From: Escherichia phage JM17 | Length of the DNA: 64,000 nt | Reading direction: 5' to 3' (one strand) | Sequence record: PP400779 | Shown here: piece by piece, positions 49,354 through 58,791 of the stretch | Layout: every line of letters begins with the position of its first letter | Numbering within the stretch: the first letter of the stretch is position 1 | Made by a program: the position numbers and the translations under genes | The notes under the pieces: model-generated | What the model saw: the letters and a program-made list of their open reading frames with translations, nothing else | What the model was told of the DNA's origin: nothing | Database searches by the model: none

Positions 49354-50514
49354 ATGAATACTTTTAAAATTGGAACGAATTTTGATTTAGCTCTTCTTGA
49401 TAAAATCGTAGAGCTCAATAAAACTTATCCTAATAGCTTGATAAACGAAGTATACGGCTCTACAAGAGAAATGGCTTTTGTAGCAGCCAGACCTGATTTT
49501 AGGCTTCCTGACGTTGACAAAAAGATGTTAGAAGATTACGTTAAACGTTGTAACGAATTAGGTATTTGCTTTAACTATACACTCAACACGATAAATCCTG
49601 GTTCAAAAAGAGAACTAGTTGAGTGGAAGAAGAAAGCTATTCAGGATTATGTTCAGTATCTTTGGTCAATAGGCGTATGGCGTATTACTATCGCTAACCC
49701 TGTTGTTATGGAAATTGTTCGTGAAGTCAATAAAGACATTGAGATTGAAGTTTCAACAATTCTACATGTCGATGCTGTAACTCAAATCAAATACTTGCAT
49801 GACCAGTATAATATCAAAAAGGTCTGCTGTGGAATTCATAAGAACCGTTCAGTTTCTTTCCTGAAGCGTGCAGCAGAGTTTTGCAATAAGAACAATATAA
49901 TATTTGAAGTTCTTGTAAATGAGTTCTGTTCTAATGCCGGTAAAGGGTATACAACACATTGTAGCTATCGTGACTCTTGCTATATTTTCCATAGTACTGA
50001 TGTTACAGCTGATGATGCTAAATCCTTAAACGGATATCCTATGCAGCACTGTATTAAAGCTCGTGATACAGACCCATTTAACTGGTTGAGAACTCGTTTT
50101 GTTCGTCCTCAAGATTTGAAACTTTATAATGATATTGGTATCACTCAATTCAAAGTTTCAGGACGTACAGGTAGCACAGACTACATTTTGAAAGTTCTTG
50201 AAGCATACGCTTCTGAAAAGTTTGAAGGTAATTTGTTAGAACTGTGGAAGCCTTTAGAGACTATTTTCACTCTTGAAAATGAGACCGAGTTTTCACATAC
50301 GGTAAATATTGAAACCTCTTTGTTAGATGGCTTTTTAGAAAAAAGGTGGTTCAGACATCCAGATTTCGATTGTGCTAATGAGATCTGCGGGACGACGTGT
50401 ACATATTGTGAAAGATATTATAAACGTCAGTTATCTAAAAATGGGTTAGCAGAAAACTCTATATCTATTATTGATATAACTAACTCTGATGACGCTTTGA
50501 GGTACCCGGAATGA
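49354..50514 (+). CDS. Cys-rich enzyme of unknown function (possible metal/Fe-S protein, U32-like features tentative)
   Basis: 386 aa; Cys clusters VCCGIH, FCSNAGKGYTTHCSYRDSCY, CANEICGTTCTYCERY. Confidence 0.45.
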   Translation: MNTFKIGTNFDLALLDKIVELNKTYPNSLINEVYGSTREMAFVAARPDFRLPDVDKKMLEDYVKRCNELGICFNYTLNTINPGSKRELVEWKKKAIQDYVQYLWSIGVWRITIANPVVMEIVREVNKDIEIEVSTILHVDAVTQIKYLHDQYNIKKVCCGIHKNRSVSFLKRAAEFCNKNNIIFEVLVNEFCSNAGKGYTTHCSYRDSCYIFHSTDVTADDAKSLNGYPMQHCIKARDTDPFNWLRTRFVRPQDLKLYNDIGITQFKVSGRTGSTDYILKVLEAYASEKFEGNLLELWKPLETIFTLENETEFSHTVNIETSLLDGFLEKRWFRHPDFDCANEICGTTCTYCERYYKRQLSKNGLAENSISIIDITNSDDALRYPE

Positions 50515-50750
50515 TTTCTAGAAAAACTTTTAATCACCAACTTAATGAAGAGATTTTGACTACGAAACTGAACACTAACGAACAAATTCTTAAAAAGGCC
50601 CTTATGGGCCTGTTTGAAACCAAAGCGGCTAAAGTGATTAAAGGACCTGTTCAATTAGAATATTACGCTGATACATTTCTTCATAGTGTTCTTGGAAGTA
50701 TCGATGCTGAAGCTTTACGTTATATCAACATTGCCAAGAAATTCAAATAA
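50511..50750 (+). CDS. hypothetical protein (doubtful)
   Basis: ATGA overlap; an internal hairpin GGCCC-TTAT-GGGCC (50590-50607) could instead be a terminator. Confidence 0.3.
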   Translation: MISRKTFNHQLNEEILTTKLNTNEQILKKALMGLFETKAAKVIKGPVQLEYYADTFLHSVLGSIDAEALRYINIAKKFK

Positions 50751-50792
50751 GCTTTACGAATTGAGTATATAATAAATTGTATTGAGGTAAAC

Positions 50793-51509
50793 ATGGGAAA
50801 ACATAACACAATGAAATATATCAAAGCCGCAGATTTTCAAACCGCATTTAAAGCAGTCAATCGTGAAATTTTAGAAAACCCGGAATTCGTAACTGATTCT
50901 CGTATTGGACGTTGTAATGAAATTGGGTCTATGACAGTAGTTGTTGACACTCCATCATCATTCAAAATGACTGACCCACGTATTAACCGCATCTCTTATG
51001 AATATGCCGAAGACTTCTGGAAGTTTATGATTTCTGGTGGTACCAACGCAGAAGAAGCGTTTAAGGCATATCCTAATGTCGCTAAATTTATTTCTAAACC
51101 AAAATCAGATGTTTTGCCGGCGAACTTCAATACTTTCTATGGTCCTCGCATTGCGGCCCAATTACCAGCTCTTCTAAAAGAACTTAAAGAGAAGCCTAAC
51201 TCTCGAAGAGTTGTGTTCCAAATTCTAGAAAGTTCTGATCAGGCTTTGCTTGATTCGGATGAAACGCTTGAATATCCATGTACTGACTCAGTGACTTATT
51301 ATATTCGTGATGGTAAGCTTTATACCCACTGTCATATGCGTTCTCAGAACTGTGCTGTTGTTATGCAGTTGGATTTTTATCTCCAAGGAAAATTACTTCA
51401 TTATATCGCTAACGAATGCGGTGTAGAAGTTGGTGATTATACTCATACCATGGTAAGTGCCCATGTGTTTGAACGTGATTTTGATTATGTTAAAGGATTC
51501 CTTGACTAA
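50793..51509 (+). CDS. 42: dCMP hydroxymethylase (thymidylate synthase family, gp42-like, divergent)
   Basis: 238 aa; nucleophile Cys in EYPCTDSVTYYIRD; MRSQNCAVVMQLDFY with Asp at the pyrimidine-specificity position (Asn in thymidylate synthases). Confidence 0.65.
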   Translation: MGKHNTMKYIKAADFQTAFKAVNREILENPEFVTDSRIGRCNEIGSMTVVVDTPSSFKMTDPRINRISYEYAEDFWKFMISGGTNAEEAFKAYPNVAKFISKPKSDVLPANFNTFYGPRIAAQLPALLKELKEKPNSRRVVFQILESSDQALLDSDETLEYPCTDSVTYYIRDGKLYTHCHMRSQNCAVVMQLDFYLQGKLLHYIANECGVEVGDYTHTMVSAHVFERDFDYVKGFLD

Positions 51510-52408
51510 TGGCTATTTTCCGCGTACCAATCTTGAGTATGCGGTCTTATGAAACTGGACAGTATGCTATCCTTAAGGATGGCAACTTCCAACTTCATTT
51601 GCACCGTGCTAATCCGGGTGATGTGATTACATATCCACGTAATGCATCTGATATTAAAGAATGCGAACGTCTTTTCCCAGAATTTAAGTTTGTTCCATTA
51701 TGGTATAAAGATAACGCTTATAACACTCGTAAATATTTCTGGTCTGAAAATGAATTTGTGGTTGATTCATTAATTGCTTATTATGATTGCGATTTTCTAA
51801 TCACAGATATAACTGGATATGACGGCGCTTTTGATGTAGAATTCAATTTCAATATCACTGCAGACCCTAATAAACCACGTTTTTATATTGACGAATTCTT
51901 AAAAACCGACATGTTGTCGGTTAATCGTTCAATCCAAACAACTGTGTTGAATGAACGTCAAAAAGAAGTGCTGGTTAACGCAGGTGCAGATGGTAATAAG
52001 ATTATCGTAACGCAGAAAGTTATACGTCCTTCCATCATGCAGCGTCTTGTAGGTGATTTGGCTCCTATTTATCTAGATGGTATTTTTCATCCATTTCGAA
52101 TTAGTGACCCGTGCTATCGTTTTGAACAAGTGGTTGAATGTGCAATTCAATTAGGTCAACCGCTTTATATAACCGATCCAAATAATAGCTTTGACAGAAA
52201 TAAGTATCCTGAAGAAGCGTTGATTCGAATTTTTAAACCAACTAAAACTGAGTACTATCAAATTCTTAAAGGACGTCCGAAGATTCAATATTTCGAAAAT
52301 CCTGAAGAAGTATTTCATCCAGGTCTTGGTGAGTTCATCTACTTTAATGCTTTAATTTCTTCACCGTATAATATACCTAAATATGAAGATGTCGTAATCG
52401 AGGAATAA
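51509..52408 (+). CDS. protein of unknown function in the beta-gt slot (candidate DNA glycosyltransferase, unproven)
   Basis: 299 aa; no resemblance to T4 beta-gt recognised. Confidence 0.4.
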   Translation: MAIFRVPILSMRSYETGQYAILKDGNFQLHLHRANPGDVITYPRNASDIKECERLFPEFKFVPLWYKDNAYNTRKYFWSENEFVVDSLIAYYDCDFLITDITGYDGAFDVEFNFNITADPNKPRFYIDEFLKTDMLSVNRSIQTTVLNERQKEVLVNAGADGNKIIVTQKVIRPSIMQRLVGDLAPIYLDGIFHPFRISDPCYRFEQVVECAIQLGQPLYITDPNNSFDRNKYPEEALIRIFKPTKTEYYQILKGRPKIQYFENPEEVFHPGLGEFIYFNALISSPYNIPKYEDVVIEE

Positions 52409-52409
52409 A

Positions 52410-52958
52410 ATGGCTAAAATTATTTTAGTAGATGGCCCGGATAATGCTGGTAAAACAACTTTCATTAATGACATAATGGAAATTAGTGAAAGATATGTAA
52501 AAATTGATTTCCCTAAACGAACAGTTGATGGACGTTTCGATGTTAAGTCTCGAAATGAAGTTGGCTGTTTTGAAACGATGTTGAATTATTTAGACCCTAC
52601 TAAGATTTATCTGTTAGACCGTGGATATATTAGTAACTGGGTTTACGGACGTATTCGACAAGATGCGGACTCGGTTCTTGACGTTTATGAACAGGATTAT
52701 ATTCGTCTTTGCCAAAACCATGATGTGTTCACAATTATTTTAACACGTAACGAAATGACTGAAAGTTTTGAAGATGACCTTATTACTTTGTCTTCATTAG
52801 GTTTTAATACAGTCATTTCACATTTTGAAGAGTTTGCAATTCATAACAAAATCCAAACGTATCAATTACTTAATCATGATGGTGCTAACAAAGTTATAGG
52901 ATTTAATGCAAGCGAACGTAATGATTTGATTACAGAAATCATCAAATGGGCTCGTTAA
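52410..52958 (+). CDS. P-loop nucleotide kinase (thymidylate-kinase-like)
   Basis: IILVDGPDNAGKTT plus DRGY motif in LLDRGYISNW. Confidence 0.5.
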   Translation: MAKIILVDGPDNAGKTTFINDIMEISERYVKIDFPKRTVDGRFDVKSRNEVGCFETMLNYLDPTKIYLLDRGYISNWVYGRIRQDADSVLDVYEQDYIRLCQNHDVFTIILTRNEMTESFEDDLITLSSLGFNTVISHFEEFAIHNKIQTYQLLNHDGANKVIGFNASERNDLITEIIKWAR

Positions 52959-53056
52959 GAGCCATTTAAAGTTTTAAATGCTGTATAACCCTTAGTATAT
53001 AATCATTTTATCTTTTAAACATGAGTAAAATATAATGATGCCTATGGAAAAATACA

Positions 53057-54229
53057 ATGTCTGATTTAAAATCTCGTCTGATTAAAGCTTCTACTTCTAA
53101 AATGACTGCAGACTTGACTAAGTCTAAGCTGTTTAATAATCGTGATGAAGTCCCTACTCGTATTCCGATGTTGAATATTGCACTAGGTGGTGCTCTGAAT
53201 GCAGGATTGCAATCAGGCTTGACTATTTTTGCTGCACCTTCTAAACATTTTAAAACATTGTTTGGACTAACTATGGTCGCAGCGTATATGAAGAAATATA
53301 AAGATGCAATCTGTTTGTTTTATGACTCAGAATTCGGTGCTTCAGAATCTTACTTCCGTTCGATGGGTGTTGATTTAGACCGTGTAGTTCATACTCCGAT
53401 TCAATCTGTCGAACAACTTAAAGTCGATATGACTAATCAGCTTGACGCTATTGAACGCGGTGATAAAGTTATTATCTTTATCGATTCAATCGGTAATACT
53501 GCATCTAAGAAAGAAACCGAAGATGCATTGAACGAGAAAGTTGTAGGTGATATGTCTCGTGCTAAGGCACTTAAATCTCTTTTCCGTATTGTGACTCCTT
53601 ATCTGACTATTAAAGATATTCCATGTGTTGCAATCAACCATACCGCAATGGAAATTGGCGGATTGTACCCTAAAGAGATTATGGGCGGCGGTACAGGTAT
53701 TCTTTATTCTGCTAACACTGTATTCTTTATCTCTAAACGTCAGGTTAAAGAAGGTACAGAATTGACCGGTTATGACTTCACGTTGAAAGCAGAAAAATCT
53801 CGCACAGTTAAAGAGAAATCTACTTTCCCGATCACGGTTAATTTTGATGGCGGTATTGACCCATTCAGTGGCTTGTTAGAAATGGCAACTGAAATTGGTT
53901 TTGTAGTTAAGCCTAAAGCCGGTTGGTATGCTCGCGAATTCCTTGACGAAGAAACAGGTGAAATGATTCGTGAAGAAAAATCATGGCGTGCTAAAGCTAC
54001 TGATTGTGTAGAATTCTGGGGGCCGTTGTTTAAACATAAGCCTTTCCGAGATGCAATTGAAACTAAATATAAACTAGGTGCTATCTCTTCTATTAAAGAA
54101 GTTGATGACGCTGTTAACGACCTTATTAATTGCAAAGCAACAACTAAAGTTCCGGTTAAAACTTCTGATGCTCCGTCTGCAGCAGATATAGAAAACGACC
54201 TTGACGAAATGGAAGATTTCGATGAATAA
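53057..54229 (+). CDS. uvsX: recombinase UvsX (RecA-like)
   Basis: 390 aa; Walker A-like segment and acidic C-terminus; matches T4 UvsX as recalled. Confidence 0.9.
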   Translation: MSDLKSRLIKASTSKMTADLTKSKLFNNRDEVPTRIPMLNIALGGALNAGLQSGLTIFAAPSKHFKTLFGLTMVAAYMKKYKDAICLFYDSEFGASESYFRSMGVDLDRVVHTPIQSVEQLKVDMTNQLDAIERGDKVIIFIDSIGNTASKKETEDALNEKVVGDMSRAKALKSLFRIVTPYLTIKDIPCVAINHTAMEIGGLYPKEIMGGGTGILYSANTVFFISKRQVKEGTELTGYDFTLKAEKSRTVKEKSTFPITVNFDGGIDPFSGLLEMATEIGFVVKPKAGWYAREFLDEETGEMIREEKSWRAKATDCVEFWGPLFKHKPFRDAIETKYKLGAISSIKEVDDAVNDLINCKATTKVPVKTSDAPSAADIENDLDEMEDFDE

Positions 54230-54563
54230 TCTCGATGATTTAAATCTAGAAATCGTTGATGAATCCCCTTCTTCGGAAGGGGAAGACATTCGCAAAGAAC
54301 GAGTGTTTAATGAATCTCTTAAAATTATCCGTTCAGCAATGGAAAATGTCATTCAAGAGATTCTGATTACACTTGAAGACGGTTCCCATCATATAGTCTA
54401 TATTACAAAACTAGACTGGGTTGATGGTAAAATCGTAATGGACTTTGCAGTTCTTGACCAGGACAGAAAAGCAGAACTTGCACCACATGTTGAAAAATGT
54501 GTTACAATGCAAGTACAACAAGCTTTTAATGAACGAACCAAGAAAAAATTTAAATTCTTTTAA
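54222..54563 (+). CDS. 40: gp40-like head vertex assembly chaperone (by position)
   Basis: ATGAATAA overlap with the uvsX stop. Confidence 0.45.
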   Translation: MNNLDDLNLEIVDESPSSEGEDIRKERVFNESLKIIRSAMENVIQEILITLEDGSHHIVYITKLDWVDGKIVMDFAVLDQDRKAELAPHVEKCVTMQVQQAFNERTKKKFKFF

Positions 54564-54572
54564 GGAGTTATC

Positions 54573-56015
54573 GTGGTAGAAATTATTTTGTCTCATCTCG
54601 TATATGACCAGGCTTATTTTTCTAAGGTCTGGCCTTATATGGATTCTGAGTATTTTGAGCGTGGACCGGCAAAAAATGTCTTTAAAATTATAAAGAGCCA
54701 TGTTAACGAATATAATGCAATGCCATCTATCAATGCGTTAAAGGTGGCTTTAGATAACAGTTCTTTAACTGAAGCCGAATATAAAGGAACTTCAGACCTA
54801 ATTGAAAAATTGGCTGATACTCCTGAAGACCATGAATGGTTGGTTAAAGAAACTGAGAAATATGTCCAGCAAAAAGCGATGTATAATGCTACGTCCAAAA
54901 TCATTGAGATTCAGTCTAATGCTGAACTACCTCCAGAACAACGTAACAAGAAAATGCCTGACGTAGGAGCTATTCCTGATATTATGCGTCAAGCACTTTC
55001 AATTTCGTTCGATAGTTATGTTGGACATGACTGGATGGAAGACTACGAAGCACGCTGGCTTTCTTATCTAAATAAAGCACGTAAGGTCCCGTTCAAATTA
55101 AACATTTTGAATAAAATAACCAAAGGCGGTGCAGAAACAGGTACACTAAACGTTTTAATGGCTGGTGTTAACGTCGGTAAATCTTTAGGCCTTTGTTCAC
55201 TTGCTGCAGATTATCTTCAAACAGGTCATAACGTTCTTTATATTTCTATGGAAATGGCTGAAGAAGTTTGCGCTAAGCGTATAGATGCAAACATGCTTGA
55301 CGTATCACTTGATGATATCGATGATGGTAACGTATCTTATGCTGAATATAAAGCCAAGATGGAAAAATGGCGTTCAAAAACAACATTAGGACGTTTAGTA
55401 GTTAAACAGTATCCTACTGGTGGAGCTAATGCTAATACATTTCGTGCATTGCTTAATGAGTTAAAACTTAAGAAGAACTTTGTGCCATCTGTAATCATGG
55501 TTGATTACTTAGGTATTTGTGGGTCTTGTCGTATCAGAGTTTACACTGAAAATAGCTACACATTAGTTAAAGCTATCGCAGAAGAACTTCGTGCATTAGC
55601 AGTAGAATCTGAAACAGTTCTATGGACTGCAGCTCAAGTGGGACGTGCAGCATGGGATGCTTCAGACATGAACATGAGTGATATCGCAGAATCAGCAGGT
55701 TTACCAGCAACGGCAGATTTCATGTTGGCTGTAATTGAAACCGAAGAACTTGCACAAGCTGAACAACAACTTATCAAACAAATCAAATCACGATACGGCG
55801 ATAAGAATAAGTGGAATAAATTCCTGATGGGTGTACGTAAAGGCAATCAGAAATGGGTTGAGATTGAGCAAGAAGGCATGAACACACCTAACACAGTAAA
55901 TGAAAACGCAGGTGCTCAGATGCGTCAGGCAGAGGTGAATCGTACGGAACGCGTAGGTAAAGCCAAAGCAACACGTGCTGACCTAGATAGCTTAGCCAAT
56001 GAGTTAAAATTTTAA
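54573..56015 (+). CDS. 41: replicative DNA helicase gp41 (DnaB-like)
   Basis: 480 aa; GTG start after AAGGAG; Walker A GVNVGKSLG; matches T4 gp41 as recalled. Confidence 0.9.
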   Translation: MVEIILSHLVYDQAYFSKVWPYMDSEYFERGPAKNVFKIIKSHVNEYNAMPSINALKVALDNSSLTEAEYKGTSDLIEKLADTPEDHEWLVKETEKYVQQKAMYNATSKIIEIQSNAELPPEQRNKKMPDVGAIPDIMRQALSISFDSYVGHDWMEDYEARWLSYLNKARKVPFKLNILNKITKGGAETGTLNVLMAGVNVGKSLGLCSLAADYLQTGHNVLYISMEMAEEVCAKRIDANMLDVSLDDIDDGNVSYAEYKAKMEKWRSKTTLGRLVVKQYPTGGANANTFRALLNELKLKKNFVPSVIMVDYLGICGSCRIRVYTENSYTLVKAIAEELRALAVESETVLWTAAQVGRAAWDASDMNMSDIAESAGLPATADFMLAVIETEELAQAEQQLIKQIKSRYGDKNKWNKFLMGVRKGNQKWVEIEQEGMNTPNTVNENAGAQMRQAEVNRTERVGKAKATRADLDSLANELKF

Positions 56016-56021
56016 TAAAAA

Positions 56022-56043
56022 GGAGACTTCGGTCTCCTTTCGG
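56022..56043 (+). terminator. rho-independent terminator
   Basis: GGAGAC-TTCG-GTCTCC followed by TTTCGGGGTTT. Confidence 0.5.
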
Positions 56044-56103
56044 GGTTTACATCTTCCTCTAGGCATGATATGATGTACTTACACAAACCAAGAGGAAAAC
56101 ATT

Positions 56104-56478
56104 ATGAATATGTCTCAAGCAATTTTTACTGCAATCACCGAAAACACAACTGTTGAAGTAGTTTCTCCGCTGGCAACCTACGTTATTCTTGCTCCTAAAA
56201 CTATTGTATCTCGTATGGAAAACATGGGCAAACGTATCGTACAAATTGTTGGAGCTGGAAATCAAAAACTTGATTATCTACGAACCATCAAAGCTTATGA
56301 ACATTTCCAACTCGAAAAAGGTTCTCCTATCCAGGTAGAACTCGTAAATGGTGATATCGTTCGAGCAATGTTCCATCATTTCTATGCATTGAATGACCCA
56401 TCTAAAGCGGTTCGTTTAATTGCATATGACGCAAACCAAAACGAAATCAACGCAGATGTATCTAAATTACGTTTTTAA
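56104..56478 (+). CDS. hypothetical protein
   Basis: 124 aa. Confidence 0.45.
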   Translation: MNMSQAIFTAITENTTVEVVSPLATYVILAPKTIVSRMENMGKRIVQIVGAGNQKLDYLRTIKAYEHFQLEKGSPIQVELVNGDIVRAMFHHFYALNDPSKAVRLIAYDANQNEINADVSKLRF

Positions 56479-56533
56479 GTTTACTTCTCCAGTAGTTGTG
56501 TTATTATAGATCTATCAACTACCGGAGAACAAA

Positions 56534-56851
56534 ATGAAAACCATCGATTGTAAAGCAGAATTTAAGATTTTTTATCATGGTTCAAGTAGTTCAGCTAACA
56601 TCGAAAACATGCTTTGTCCTCCTGAAGAAACAGGAGTTCTGTCTGAAACTGGACGTAAGAAAAACTTGGATCGTGTATTCTTTACTGAAGATATCGGTTT
56701 AGCAAAGATTTATGCAGGACGAGCAGCACGCTCTTATGGAGGTGAACCACGTCTCTATCGAGTAATTTCTCCGGTAGATGTAGTTCAAATGAATGATACT
56801 AAAGGTGCTACAGTTTATCACGCTGAATGGGCATTTTGCGAGGAAATATGA
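56534..56851 (+). CDS. hypothetical protein with H-G-S, Tyr, Glu pattern (possible ART-like fold, speculative)
   Basis: KIFYHGSSS ... RLYRV ... TVYHAEWAF. Confidence 0.35.
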   Translation: MKTIDCKAEFKIFYHGSSSSANIENMLCPPEETGVLSETGRKKNLDRVFFTEDIGLAKIYAGRAARSYGGEPRLYRVISPVDVVQMNDTKGATVYHAEWAFCEEI

Positions 56852-57036
56852 GCAAATTAACTAAAGTTACTTTTATCGGTTGGTTTAAAAGCGGTGAGAT
56901 GTTCACTAAAGATATCATGTTATCAGGTGATCGCGAAGAAATCGAGTGGGTTACGGTACAACTTGCTGAAGTGAACAACGCATTAGTTAAAGCATTTGTT
57001 AATGACGAGAAAGTTTTCGAAGCAGATTTTCGATAA
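56848..57036 (+). CDS. small hypothetical protein
   Basis: ATGA overlap. Confidence 0.4.
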   Translation: MSKLTKVTFIGWFKSGEMFTKDIMLSGDREEIEWVTVQLAEVNNALVKAFVNDEKVFEADFR

Positions 57037-57107
57037 TTTTAAAATAACTGTTTACAAGCCCCACATACTGTGTTACTATCTTTCTATCAACTACAGAGGA
57101 AATTGAA

Positions 57108-57476
57108 ATGAAAAAATTAATCGCTTTAGCAATGGTATTTGGATTAACCGGATGTGGTGCTCATGGCTTTATCCCTAATAACGTCGGCCAACTGATTTAC
57201 AATCCGAATGTTAAACAATATGAACAACCTAAAGTTGAAGTGGAAGACCCGGTTACTGTAGGTAATCGAATGATTCAAGCTGATGCCCATGCTCAACGTT
57301 ATCGTGACTCTGATACCGTAGCATTGTCAAAAGAACAACGCGTTAAAGAACATTGTCTACAGGCTACTGAAATCGCATTCATTCGCTATGTTGAAACAAC
57401 TGGTAAAGAGCCTACCCAGAAACAAATCGCGAATAACTACGTCCAGTGTATTGAACGTTTAAACAAATTTAATTAA
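57108..57476 (+). CDS. lipoprotein
   Basis: signal peptide with lipobox LTGC. Confidence 0.45.
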   Translation: MKKLIALAMVFGLTGCGAHGFIPNNVGQLIYNPNVKQYEQPKVEVEDPVTVGNRMIQADAHAQRYRDSDTVALSKEQRVKEHCLQATEIAFIRYVETTGKEPTQKQIANNYVQCIERLNKFN

Positions 57477-57537
57477 TTGGTTTACACCAAAGTTAAAACA
57501 AGATACTATAAACATAACAAATCAAGAGGAAATTAAC

Positions 57538-57786
57538 ATGGAATTATTCGTAGCTAGTTCAGTAGCAGTTTTAATCGCAGGTATTGGTTCAATCATCATT
57601 TACATGTTGCCTTGGGTAATAGCACTTATTCGTGGCACAAAAAGCACAACAGCAATCTTCTTTGTATCTTTACTCTTTAACTGGACGATGATTGGTTGGA
57701 TTGGAACTTTAATTTGGTCTATCGTTGCCGAAAAGAAATCTGCTCAGCAGCCTCAACAAGTAATTATTATTCGCGAAAAAGAATAA
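57538..57786 (+). CDS. small two-TM membrane protein (superinfection-immunity-like)
   Basis: 82 aa; two TM helices with WTMIGWIGTLIWSI. Confidence 0.4.
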   Translation: MELFVASSVAVLIAGIGSIIIYMLPWVIALIRGTKSTTAIFFVSLLFNWTMIGWIGTLIWSIVAEKKSAQQPQQVIIIREKE

Positions 57787-57844
57787 ACTTGTTTACATTA
57801 TAGATGGACTATAGTAGTCCTATCAAATCAACTAAGGAGTTAAA

Positions 57845-58138
57845 ATGAAAAAGTTATCATTGGCAGCAATCTTACTTGCAGTATCATGTGCACCGTCTCC
57901 AGTTACGGCAGGTTATGATAAAGACCTCTGTGAGTGGTCAATGACTGCAAATCAAGAAGATGTTGAACAACAAATCTTCTCTGATATCATGAACATCACT
58001 AAACGAGACCGTCCTAATATGGTTAATAAAGTTGTTGAACAACTTAAGTCTGGCGGTATCATGCAGTACAATTATGTTTTGTATTGTGACCCTAATTTCG
58101 ATAACAAAGATATCGTAACCGAAATCACAGGTGAATAA
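57845..58138 (+). CDS. secreted/periplasmic 97-aa protein (spackle-like by size and position)
   Basis: signal peptide MKKLSLAAILLAVSCA; located between 41 and 61. Confidence 0.35.
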   Translation: MKKLSLAAILLAVSCAPSPVTAGYDKDLCEWSMTANQEDVEQQIFSDIMNITKRDRPNMVNKVVEQLKSGGIMQYNYVLYCDPNFDNKDIVTEITGE

Positions 58139-58790
58139 TATGATTTATTATATGCACAAAAATGCGCCATTTAAATATGGTAAATTTCCTAATGCACAAT
58201 GTTATAATATAACGCCGAATGAAAATAATAACGGATACCATCTCGGTGTAATTTTTGTAATTGTTAAAGATAACGAAATCGTTGCCTGGGCAGATTTTAA
58301 AGGTACAACATATGATGTTAATCCTGTGCCTTTCACATATTACAATATAATGGATTTGGCATATGATTATAATTGGTTTACTCATGACACGTTGGCTCAT
58401 ATTGAAGGTGTAGGATTTGACATCTCTTATTCTAGCTATTCATTATGTCCTATGAGCCGATCTCACGGTAAAGATGTATCATATCTTTCAATTCGGAAAC
58501 GTGTAAACTTCAAACGTAGTACAGAGTATGTTGGTGGACTCTTTGTTAAAGATAATAAAATAACCCGTATTAGTTATCCTTTAAGTGTAGGTCAAAAAGA
58601 TGTTGATGTTGATTTAGACTTAACTGAAAGTAACATTAATCGTATTGCTTCTGTATATTTTGATATCGATGAAAAAATTGTAGTGTGTGGATACGAATTA
58701 CCACCTGAAGAAAAGGCTGAAACAATTGAAGTCGAATTAGAAATTTCTGTTGATGACCAAATATTTAACGCATTTATGAATCGAGGTTAA
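58131..58790 (+). CDS. hypothetical protein
   Basis: 219 aa. Confidence 0.45.
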   Translation: MNNMIYYMHKNAPFKYGKFPNAQCYNITPNENNNGYHLGVIFVIVKDNEIVAWADFKGTTYDVNPVPFTYYNIMDLAYDYNWFTHDTLAHIEGVGFDISYSSYSLCPMSRSHGKDVSYLSIRKRVNFKRSTEYVGGLFVKDNKITRISYPLSVGQKDVDVDLDLTESNINRIASVYFDIDEKIVVCGYELPPEEKAETIEVELEISVDDQIFNAFMNRG

Positions 58791-58791
58791 A

